Positions 1 through 7,758 of a DNA stretch of 64,000 nt are shown in pieces. The translations under genes were made by a program, and so were the position numbers. Position 1 is the stretch's first letter, and every line of letters starts with the position of its first letter. The notes under the pieces were generated by a model. The model was given only the letters and a program-made list of their open reading frames with translations. It searched no databases and was not told the DNA's origin. Location: contig LFCO01000003.1 in NCBI GenBank assembly GCA_001189165.1, positions 126,984 to 190,983 on the forward strand, given 5' to 3'. The DNA comes from Parcubacteria bacterium C7867-005 (lineage in GTDB: Bacteria; Patescibacteriota; Minisyncoccia; Phycocordibacterales; Zambryskibacteraceae).

Positions 1-445
1 GGTTGTACATGAGCCCAGGAGACTTCAATACTGCTTGGGCGGCTGCATGTGCGAGTTCGTTGAAAGGTCCGATCACAAATGTTTCAAACGTGTACCGAGG
101 GTTTAGGTTGTCGTCTTTGTTTATGAGGTTGTCTGGCAAAGGGAGCTCCTTCATGCCGAGCGCTCCCTGCATGTCTCTGTCGTCTCTTCTCTTGGATTCT
201 TCTTTATTCACCACATACTCTACGGCGTGAATTGAGCTGTCGAGGTTTCTGAGAGACTTTAGTATCGTGTGGTGGTATTTTTGTATAAGCCATTCTTTGA
301 CGAAAGCGTTGGGCACAGACAGGACCACCACCCCATCAACCTCCTTCACTATTCGTGTATCTTTAAACCATGTTGTGAAATTTGCTTTAGAAACAGCGAG
401 CTCTATCTCCACCAGGACGCTTTGCCATAATTGTTTGTAGTCCAT
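1..445 (-). CDS. dnaA: Chromosomal replication initiator DnaA, N-terminal part (partial, continues beyond window start)
   Basis: Minus-strand translation from ATG at 445: MDYKQLWQSVLVEIELAVSKANFTTWFKDT...PRYTFETFVIGPFNELAHAAAQAV matches DnaA N-terminal domain and start of the AAA+ region; classical divergent arrangement with rpmH. Not in ORF track because no stop lies within the window. Confidence 0.8.
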   Translation of the reverse strand, partial: MDYKQLWQSVLVEIELAVSKANFTTWFKDTRIVKEVDGVVVLSVPNAFVKEWLIQKYHHTILKSLRNLDSSIHAVEYVVNKEESKRRDDRDMQGALGMKELPLPDNLINKDDNLNPRYTFETFVIGPFNELAHAAAQAVLKSPGLMYN

Positions 446-494
446 AGTGCTTTTAGTTCTTAGTAGTATATCCTCCGAGGTTGATCATCAGAAC

Positions 495-523
495 TTGTGA
501 AAATGCTCGAAAATGTTTATAAT
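495..523 (+). promoter_or_regulatory. Sigma70-like promoter upstream of rpmH (TTGTGA-17 nt-TATAAT)
   Basis: ttgtga at 495-500, 17-nt spacer, perfect tataat at 518-523, about 25 nt before rpmH ATG. Confidence 0.5.
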
Positions 524-548
524 GTGTTCATAACTTGTTAAGAGTAAT

Positions 549-683
549 ATGTCTACAACATACCAACCTAAAAAACGCAAGCGAGCCAGAGCTCACGGTT
601 TTCGTAAAAGAGCAAAGACAACCGGAGGGAAAAGGGTTGTGAAGGCTCGACGCCGTAAGGGCAGAGCCAGACTGACCGTCTAG
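549..683 (+). CDS. rpmH: 50S ribosomal protein L34
   Basis: 44-aa product [44 protein letters not shown], canonical L34; not in ORF track because shorter than the track's size cutoff. Confidence 0.95.
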   Translation: MSTTYQPKKRKRARAHGFRKRAKTTGGKRVVKARRRKGRARLTV

Positions 684-700
684 TTTTTAGACCAAAACCA

Positions 701-1060
701 ATGCTTCCCAAGAAAACCAGGATTCCTAGGCGTATTTTTGCGGATTTATTGGAAAAGTCGCGCTATTCTAACTCCCCCAACTTCTCTATGAGGTTTAGGC
801 TGTCCGGGGAGGCGCCTCGTTTTGGGGTGTCTGTATCAAAAAAAGTGTCAAAAAGTGCGGTCAAGAGGAATGCTATAAGAAGACGGGTCTACTCCTCTAT
901 ATCCAAGTTTTTAGAAAAAGTGCCAAGCGGACTGTTCCTATTCGTGGCTAAACCAGGCTCGGTTTCCCTGAAAGGTGAAAAGTTGAACACGGAGATTCAG
1001 CTATTACTCAGAGATGCTTCTGCGATTGTTTCTGGGTCTGAAAAAAGCTACAATCCTTAA
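701..1060 (+). CDS. rnpA: Ribonuclease P protein component
   Basis: 119-aa basic protein directly after rpmH; RnpA-like motifs (RLSGEAPRFGVSVSKKV..AVKRNAIRRR). Confidence 0.9.
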   Translation: MLPKKTRIPRRIFADLLEKSRYSNSPNFSMRFRLSGEAPRFGVSVSKKVSKSAVKRNAIRRRVYSSISKFLEKVPSGLFLFVAKPGSVSLKGEKLNTEIQLLLRDASAIVSGSEKSYNP

Positions 1061-1795
1061 ATGTCCGCTCTCTACCACTCTTTAATATTCTACCCTCTAT
1101 ACAACACACTTGTTGGCCTCTTCACGCTTTTGCCTTGGGCTGATGCAGGAATTGTGGTAATACTACTAACTCTTATTGTACGCCTAGCCCTGTTTCCTCT
1201 TTCAAAGAAAGCAGTTCTCACCCAGGTAAGAATGCAACAGATAAATCCAGAATTAAAGGAAATAAAAGAGAGATATAAAGATAATCAAGAAGAGCAGGCC
1301 AGGAAAACACTTGCTCTGTATAAAGAAAAAGGAGTCAACCCATTTTCTGGGATATTTGTTTTGCTTATTCAGTTACCAATTATCTTTGCTCTTTATGGGA
1401 TCTTTTTACACGCCGGCTTTCCTGGTGTAGATAGCTCGATATTGTATTCATTTGTGCATGCGCCGGATGAAATAAATACGATGTTTCTAGGATTGATAAA
1501 CATAACAGAGAAAAGTGTTGTCCTGGCATTTTTTGCAGCAGTAACGACATTTTTTCAGTTAAAATTGGCCACAGGCGGACTCTCAAACAAATCAAATAAT
1601 CCAAATGAGAAGAAATCATTCGGCGAGGACCTCGCACAGAGCATGCAGACTCAGATGAAGTACATCTTTCCCGTGCTGGTGTTCTTTATTTCTTATAAAA
1701 TCTCAGGAGTGATCGCTCTATACTGGCTAACTTCAAACCTATTTACCATTGGCCAAGAGATTGTGGTTCGTAGAAATATCCCAAAGACAACTTAA
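1061..1795 (+). CDS. yidC: Membrane protein insertase YidC/Oxa1 (short form)
   Basis: Conserved rpmH-rnpA-yidC synteny; multi-TM protein with YidC-like LYKEKGVNPFSG and QLPIIFALY motifs. Confidence 0.9.
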   Translation: MSALYHSLIFYPLYNTLVGLFTLLPWADAGIVVILLTLIVRLALFPLSKKAVLTQVRMQQINPELKEIKERYKDNQEEQARKTLALYKEKGVNPFSGIFVLLIQLPIIFALYGIFLHAGFPGVDSSILYSFVHAPDEINTMFLGLINITEKSVVLAFFAAVTTFFQLKLATGGLSNKSNNPNEKKSFGEDLAQSMQTQMKYIFPVLVFFISYKISGVIALYWLTSNLFTIGQEIVVRRNIPKTT

Positions 1796-1797
1796 GG

Positions 1798-3024
1798 CTA
1801 TTTTAATTTTAACGCCCACAGAGACAAGTCTTTTTTGTTGATAAAGAAAAGATAGTCTTCGTCTGGAGACAAAAAAGGATTTATCACATCTACGTCTACT
1901 TCAAAACTTCTCCTTGGTTCAAGGAGTACATCTGATAATTGATTGGCGGGGTCAATTTTCCAAATACTATCATTGAAACTGACAGCGCCCTGATACCATG
2001 ACTCAGGTTGCTTTGGTCCGACTATTCCCTCAGGGTTTCCACAATAGATTAAATTTTCTTTTTTACTCCACACACATTTTTCTGGGATTGTTACTGGAAA
2101 GATTTTCGTGTTTTTGTTGGTATCAAAATTTTTGTGTTCCAAAACAAACTCATCACCAGAGTAATACGAATAAATTATAGATTTACCAGTTTTGTTCGGC
2201 AGGATGGTGAGCCCGTTTAGGGGCCCCAGTATCTTTGTGGCCTTACCGCTACTCTGGTTCACTGTATAAGCATAACCAGGCGTACTTGAGTCGGGCCGTG
2301 TTTGTATGAATAGGCTTGTTCCTTCTGAGGTGAATGGAGTCCATTCTGAAAATGGATAAGACCCAAGATTTTTTTGTTTGGTCCCGTCGAACTCAGAAGA
2401 GATCAGTGTTTTCGTATCCGCCAATACATAAAAGAGCTTTGTCCCACCAGAGATGTTTTTAATCTCTCCCCTCAAAGGAGTCATGGTGACAGAATGTAAG
2501 GCATCCGTAGTTGTAGATTTAGGTGCTGTTAAAGCAATGGATAGATTAGATATCTGGTCTCCTTCAAGAGATCGTAGAACAAGAGCATTTCCATCTGATC
2601 TGAAAATAGCCTCGTATATCTTGGGCAAGGTGTTGTTGGTAATCTTCATTCTCTCTTGGGTGTCGGGTTTGATGTCGTAGACATGACCAGTTGCTCGGTC
2701 TACATACCTTACAACTGTAGAGCCGTTTTTTATTATGGATATAGCCCCAGCCACTGGTTCAAGGGAGAGTTTAAAAAAATTAGGGAACGTCGCACCGGTC
2801 TGGTTATTCGAAGGATTTGTAGAAGTGGTTTTATCTCCTGGGTTACTTGGATTAAATGGTATGTCACTCCCCCCTTGACCAAACGGGAGTTCTGATTCTG
2901 TTTCTGTGTCAGATTGCTGGGGCAACTGTCGTCCAAAGATAAACCAACCTCCAACAATGAGTATTATGACGGCAAGCAGTGTAAGGAAAATTATTTTTTT
3001 ATTCATATAAGTATCTAAAAACAA
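1798..3024 (-). CDS. Hypothetical exported/membrane-anchored protein, last gene of T4SS-like cluster
   Basis: N-terminal TM/signal (KKIIFLTLLAVIILIVGGWFIF), Thr/Ser/Asn-rich linker; co-directional with the VirB4 cluster and overlaps the upstream gene by 10 nt. Confidence 0.5.
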   Translation of the reverse strand: MFLDTYMNKKIIFLTLLAVIILIVGGWFIFGRQLPQQSDTETESELPFGQGGSDIPFNPSNPGDKTTSTNPSNNQTGATFPNFFKLSLEPVAGAISIIKNGSTVVRYVDRATGHVYDIKPDTQERMKITNNTLPKIYEAIFRSDGNALVLRSLEGDQISNLSIALTAPKSTTTDALHSVTMTPLRGEIKNISGGTKLFYVLADTKTLISSEFDGTKQKNLGSYPFSEWTPFTSEGTSLFIQTRPDSSTPGYAYTVNQSSGKATKILGPLNGLTILPNKTGKSIIYSYYSGDEFVLEHKNFDTNKNTKIFPVTIPEKCVWSKKENLIYCGNPEGIVGPKQPESWYQGAVSFNDSIWKIDPANQLSDVLLEPRRSFEVDVDVINPFLSPDEDYLFFINKKDLSLWALKLK

Positions 3025-3860
3025 ACATGCCAGTGAGGAGAATTACCGGCTATTGTTTCGTTCACATAGGTTCCACCATCATATACGAATCTCTGGCTCC
3101 CAGTTGTACACCCTGTTCCTTCTGATTTGAACCCATTCTTTTCTAAGAAATTAAAAAGCTGAGAATCAAGTCTCAAATCCACGACTCTACCCCCAGGTCT
3201 GTGCTGGGTACCTTCAGAATGAAGCCAATACTCCGTTCCTCCAGTTATAGTCAGGAGGCAAGTTGGACAAGCTTCTTTCAGTCTTATTAAAGCGTTTATA
3301 ATCCTACTACTCATGCCATATACGGAAGTACAGTTTTTGTCCCCGATACTGACACAGTTGCTGTTATTAATACCAATGGTGTTAGCCCTCAGAATAGCCC
3401 TGTTTCCGTCATCCTCTGGCCATGGCTGTCCGATCTGTCCAGCTGTATTTTCTATGACCGGCGGCGCATATCTTGTGAGTCCCAGATCTATTTTCACAAA
3501 ATTTGGGTTTATGGTGTAGAGAATAGTATAAGATCCTATGGCCAAGACGAGCCCATAGATAGCGTTCTGTATCCTCTCCTTGGCATCACTTTTACCACTA
3601 ATGGCATCGGTAGACATATACTGTATACCCCCGAAAATAATCATAAGTACAGAAAGAGCACCCGCCACGCCTATCGTGAGCTTGATGATCCCAGGTATAT
3701 ACGTTGCTGCGTTTACAGCCCCGGTACCAGGCCTAGTCGTCCCAGGGAGCTCGGCCAGAGGAGTGTAGTCGTAGAAGGGTGTTGGTTCTGCAGATGCCAG
3801 ATCAGTAGAAAGACCAAACAGAACAAAGATAAACAGAGCAAGTGTTAAAAGATATCTCAT
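3015..3860 (-). CDS. TrbC/VirB2-like pilin domain fused to peptidase M15 (DD-carboxypeptidase/VanY-like) cell-wall hydrolase domain
   Basis: Signal peptide, two hydrophobic helices typical of TrbC/VirB2 pilins; C-terminal region has the M15 zinc motifs (HSEGTQHRPGGRVVDL resembles SxHxxGxAxD; terminal SPHWH). Confidence 0.55.
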   Translation of the reverse strand: MRYLLTLALFIFVLFGLSTDLASAEPTPFYDYTPLAELPGTTRPGTGAVNAATYIPGIIKLTIGVAGALSVLMIIFGGIQYMSTDAISGKSDAKERIQNAIYGLVLAIGSYTILYTINPNFVKIDLGLTRYAPPVIENTAGQIGQPWPEDDGNRAILRANTIGINNSNCVSIGDKNCTSVYGMSSRIINALIRLKEACPTCLLTITGGTEYWLHSEGTQHRPGGRVVDLRLDSQLFNFLEKNGFKSEGTGCTTGSQRFVYDGGTYVNETIAGNSPHWHVCF

Positions 3861-3894
3861 ACTTTTATTATACAGGAGACGTTTTAAAAAGCGT

Positions 3895-4284
3895 CTACGG
3901 GGTTTTTACCCCCGGAGTAATATTTGCTCCGGGCAGAGTTTTGGATTTTTCCGAAAGATATTTAGTTAGGACGAGAATGGTCCACCCAGGTAGGGCGTTC
4001 AACATGGGCACAGTTTCAATAAACGAGGTGATTGAAACGGAAATAACATTTTTCTTTTCCAACAGCTTAAGTCCTTCTAGCTTGAACCACAACAAAAGGG
4101 TTAGCAAGGCAAACACGCTGATAAAAAGGTTGACCAACCACCCAATGATTGAAAGCGGCACCAAAACAAAGGTTAAGGCGAAGAAATCATTCATGATCTC
4201 AATCCCGGCCTGGATAAGATCAAATGCCAAGGCCAGAGACCCCATCATGATCCAGGTTATGTTTGATATCTTTTCTTTCTCCAT
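3895..4284 (-). CDS. Small polytopic membrane protein (T4SS-associated, function unknown)
   Basis: 129 aa, three to four hydrophobic helices; lies between the VirB4 and TrbC-like genes on the same strand. Confidence 0.45.
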   Translation of the reverse strand: MEKEKISNITWIMMGSLALAFDLIQAGIEIMNDFFALTFVLVPLSIIGWLVNLFISVFALLTLLLWFKLEGLKLLEKKNVISVSITSFIETVPMLNALPGWTILVLTKYLSEKSKTLPGANITPGVKTP

Positions 4285-4285
4285 C

Positions 4286-6145
4286 TTATATAGACAGGTC
4301 TATTTTATTGTTCCCAGTAGGAAGACTGATTTCCTTGTCTGCCTCCAATTCTTGTTTGGCTTTCTTTTGTGCCAAGACTTGAGATGGGTCAGAGGTGATG
4401 ATCTGATCTTCTGTATACGAAGCGATGTTCTTAATAGCCACGTGCTTGAGTCCGGCAAAAAAGATTCCTTCCCCAACCCCAGATTCGAGCAACAAGAATT
4501 TTTCTTCGTCAGTCAGGTTAAATATTTTTTGGAGATTGTCTACGGTGGTTGGAGATTGTTTGAGGAGTATTTGGATAGAAGAGTTGGTGATGATTGGTAG
4601 ACCATAAGGACTCTTCAAGAAGTCCCCTACGTCCTGGGTGACCGTCGCTACACCGAGATAATACTTGCGTCCCCTCTTCACTAGACCCATAAGGAACGAT
4701 GCGGTGTCATCCGACTTCATCATCCACCAAGCTTCATCTATGACGAGTAATCTTTTTTTGAGTTCTTTTCTGATGGCATTCCAAATATAGTGCGTGACTA
4801 TATACATGGCTATAGGTTTGAGCTCGTCTTCCATATCTCGGAGTGAGAAGACTACAAACTTTTTATTTATATCTACATTTGTCGGTTTATTGATAAAGCC
4901 TGCCCACGTACCCTTGGTGTATTTGGTGAGCCTTTGAGCTAGTGATTCACCTCCTTCGAGTCCAGAAAGAACGAGTTCAAAGTCACTCATAAGAGGCGGC
5001 TCGATAGACCTGAAATCAGAGTCAGCCGTGATGTCTTTCAAGGCATACGTTTCGGTGATCGCTCGGTCGATGATGGCATCTTCTTCTGCGGTTAAACCAC
5101 CCATCATGAGTCTGAACAAGCCTACAAGGTTGATGATGTTTGATCTAAGTACATTTGCTGCAGATTCATCAGGTCCAGGTATAGGTAAATCAAAAGGATT
5201 TATATGATGTTCAGAATTTAAGGAAATCTTGAAATACCTACCTCCTGTGACTTCTGCCATGTATTCGTACTCCCTCTCTGGGTCAATGACTATCACTTCT
5301 GTCTCAAACATGAGCGTTCGTAGAATTTCTAGTTTAGTGGCATATGATTTACCCGCACCAGATTTGGCAAACATGATGGAGTTGTAGTTTTCCAAAGAGA
5401 ATCTATCGAATAAAACCAAAGAAGAGTTGTGTCTGTTTATCCCATAAAGGATGCCTTTGTCCGAAGTGAGGTCAAAAGAAGTGAATGGAAAGAGGGACGA
5501 CAGCGGCGAAGAGTTCATCTTGGAGTGGACCATTAATAGATCGTCACCAAGCGGAAGGGTGCTTTTGTACCCTTGTTCTTGTTGGAAGAGAGCTGGTTTG
5601 GCATAGACTAGCTTGGCTTCGAGTATAGATTTGATTTCTGATTCGACCTTGTCGAGTTCTAGGTCACTTTCGGCATATATGGTGATGTAAAGACCAACAT
5701 CAAATAGCTTTTCTTGCGCTTGCTGTAGCTGGTCTCGTAGATTCTCTAGATCTTGGTAGGCAACGTCGAGCATCGGATCACGAACCAACCCCTTTTCTTC
5801 CCTGCTGTGGATTTGGCTTTGCACTTCTGCTACTTTCTTTTGGAATTGCCTTAGAACTTTAGAAGTTTCGATCGGATGGACAAAGATAGAGACGTCAAAA
5901 ACTTTATCCATATTGATGATCGGAGAGAACCAGCTTTCAGAGAGGAAACGAGGGTAAGAGATAACGAAGAAGCTCCTCACAATTTTTTCTCCCAAATTTA
6001 GTTCTTTCGGAGTAACCTTGAGTGCGGAAGGAGCGATGATGTCTTTGAGTTCGAGCACGCCCGCTTGAAATATCTCTTGAGGAAGAACAGAGCTAATGTC
6101 CTTCGATCTTTCTTTGCCACCAAATAATTTATTGAATATTCCCAT
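4286..6145 (-). CDS. VirB4/TrbE-family type IV secretion ATPase (central and C-terminal ATPase part)
   Basis: Walker A (FAKSGAGKSY) and Walker B (LLVIDEAWWM); 619 aa; CagE/TrbE/VirB4-like motifs. Confidence 0.85.
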   Translation of the reverse strand: MGIFNKLFGGKERSKDISSVLPQEIFQAGVLELKDIIAPSALKVTPKELNLGEKIVRSFFVISYPRFLSESWFSPIINMDKVFDVSIFVHPIETSKVLRQFQKKVAEVQSQIHSREEKGLVRDPMLDVAYQDLENLRDQLQQAQEKLFDVGLYITIYAESDLELDKVESEIKSILEAKLVYAKPALFQQEQGYKSTLPLGDDLLMVHSKMNSSPLSSLFPFTSFDLTSDKGILYGINRHNSSLVLFDRFSLENYNSIMFAKSGAGKSYATKLEILRTLMFETEVIVIDPEREYEYMAEVTGGRYFKISLNSEHHINPFDLPIPGPDESAANVLRSNIINLVGLFRLMMGGLTAEEDAIIDRAITETYALKDITADSDFRSIEPPLMSDFELVLSGLEGGESLAQRLTKYTKGTWAGFINKPTNVDINKKFVVFSLRDMEDELKPIAMYIVTHYIWNAIRKELKKRLLVIDEAWWMMKSDDTASFLMGLVKRGRKYYLGVATVTQDVGDFLKSPYGLPIITNSSIQILLKQSPTTVDNLQKIFNLTDEEKFLLLESGVGEGIFFAGLKHVAIKNIASYTEDQIITSDPSQVLAQKKAKQELEADKEISLPTGNNKIDLSI

Positions 6146-6146
6146 A

Positions 6147-6788
6147 TTAGTTAGATTTTATTGGTTTTTCTGTATCTCCTGGATTAAAAGCTTTGTAGAA
6201 AAGTTCAATCAATTCCTCTGTGCCCAACCGCGCCACTCTTATCCCTGTACGAACGAGGCCTTGTTCGACTACCGAGAGTCTTTGTTCGAGTTGTGTCAGA
6301 TTTTCTGCAAAACTGCTTTCTTTGTGCGCGGTCTTTTCCTCAGCCGTCTTTTTGTTAAAGAAAGAACCCAGTCCAGAAGATTTACCAGAAGAAATGGCAG
6401 AAGGAGTGTATGGCACTACGATAAAAAAGTTTTTGGTCATGATATTTGTGCTCTCGGTGAAGCTTTTGATGAACTGGATGTATTCTTGTGTTTGAATTTT
6501 CATCAGATCATTAGTTTGTTTCTTTTCCTGTTCTTCTAGGAGTGCTATATAGGGTCTGATGTCGAGCTTTCTTGATTGGATCACTATCTGGACAGAGAAA
6601 TCTAAAGAGTTTAGAAAGTCTTGGAATTGTAGAAGTATGGCTTGCTTCTCATCTTCAGACTTTAAAGAAAAGTTAACCGAGGAAGCCAGCACAACTGCTC
6701 TTAAACCACCGTCTTTGAGAACAAGGACGGAATCACGAACTTCTTGTATAGGAACGAAGGCCTGGGTCGAGGTTGTACTCGGTGACAT
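6147..6788 (-). CDS. VirB4 N-terminal domain encoded as a separate ORF (split VirB4)
   Basis: 213-aa product (IQEVRDSVLVLKDGGLRAVVLASSVNFSLKSEDEKQAI...) resembles the N-terminal domain of VirB4/TrbE; stop TAA, then 1 nt, then the ATG of the downstream ATPase ORF. Confidence 0.6.
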   Translation of the reverse strand: MSPSTTSTQAFVPIQEVRDSVLVLKDGGLRAVVLASSVNFSLKSEDEKQAILLQFQDFLNSLDFSVQIVIQSRKLDIRPYIALLEEQEKKQTNDLMKIQTQEYIQFIKSFTESTNIMTKNFFIVVPYTPSAISSGKSSGLGSFFNKKTAEEKTAHKESSFAENLTQLEQRLSVVEQGLVRTGIRVARLGTEELIELFYKAFNPGDTEKPIKSN

Positions 6789-6795
6789 GTTTATA

Positions 6796-7218
6796 TTATA
6801 GCGTATCTTCCCTGTTTTGATTGTTGTTCTGCTTCACATCTAGAGCAAAACTTAGTTCTTTTAGTTTTGATCCAGATAATTTAGGCACATAAACTTGAGT
6901 CTGAGTCTGTCCGGGAACCTCCTTTCTGATAATTTGTTTGTCTTCTTTTTTCCAAACATAGAGCTTGCTTCCTAAGGTGTATTGAAAGAATGCCTCTACG
7001 ACTTCTACAAACGGTTTCGAGTTCACTTTGTAGAAGGCAAGGGCTACAGCAAATACCACCACAGGGACGGATATGAGTATGGCTATAAATTTGGGCAAAA
7101 GGGTAAATAAAACAACGGACACGCCTACTCCGCCAGCCAGGTAGATGAACTGTTTGAAAGTTAGGGGGCCAAAGATCTTATCCTCGATTTCTATGAATTG
7201 GGGTACTTGGAATCTCAT
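6796..7218 (-). CDS. PrgI-family (VirB3-like) membrane protein
   Basis: MRFQVPQFIEIEDKIFGPLTFKQFIYLAGG followed by two TM helices is the hallmark N-terminus of PrgI/VirB3-like proteins of Gram-positive-type T4SS; directly upstream of VirB4. Confidence 0.6.
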   Translation of the reverse strand: MRFQVPQFIEIEDKIFGPLTFKQFIYLAGGVGVSVVLFTLLPKFIAILISVPVVVFAVALAFYKVNSKPFVEVVEAFFQYTLGSKLYVWKKEDKQIIRKEVPGQTQTQVYVPKLSGSKLKELSFALDVKQNNNQNREDTL

Positions 7219-7235
7219 GCTTACTCTAGCTTACA

Positions 7236-7754
7236 CTAATTTAATGGTTCTCTGTACGGATCTATCCCCCCAGTGTATCTAGGCACGCCTATCGTGGAGG
7301 CCGGCCTCGGTGCCGGTTCTTGTGGTGTTTGCATTGTAGGTATTGTGGGCGGTATAGGTGTTGGTTCTCCCTCTTTTCCACTCGGCAAGAGTATCTCTTC
7401 AGGCTCTGTCCCCAGGAGTTTTGGTACGGGTTTATTTTTTTCTAAATCAATTGCTTTCTTGATTACCACAGCAAAAACTCTTTGATCAATCTCTTTTATT
7501 ACATTGATTATTGTCTGCTCATCCAAGTTTTCAAATCCCTCACTGAGATTTTCAGGATAGTCTTCCAAATTCTCAAATCCATACAGAGCAAGCATTGTCT
7601 CTGTTTCCAGTGTGCTAACTTGATCCAAGTTTAGATTGTTTTGTACACCAACATCTTCTACAAGTTTTTTCCAATCAATAGTATTAATTGCTTCCTGCAT
7701 AAATATAGGAAGATTTTCAAATTTTTCTTTTATTATTTTGTCAGTATCGTTCAT
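7236..7754 (-). CDS. Hypothetical acidic/Pro-rich protein of the T4SS-like cluster (start moved to internal Met to avoid overlap)
   Basis: ORF 7236-7856 overlaps the upstream gene; Met at 7754 (MNDTDKIIKEK...) gives a 5-nt intergenic gap; C-terminal Pro-rich tail. Confidence 0.45.
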   Translation of the reverse strand: MNDTDKIIKEKFENLPIFMQEAINTIDWKKLVEDVGVQNNLNLDQVSTLETETMLALYGFENLEDYPENLSEGFENLDEQTIINVIKEIDQRVFAVVIKKAIDLEKNKPVPKLLGTEPEEILLPSGKEGEPTPIPPTIPTMQTPQEPAPRPASTIGVPRYTGGIDPYREPLN

Positions 7755-7758
7755 ATAT

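Noticed and set aside
1380-1637. 85-aa minus-strand ORF inside yidC
   Set aside because: Fully embedded antisense to a confidently identified conserved gene; no independent signals.
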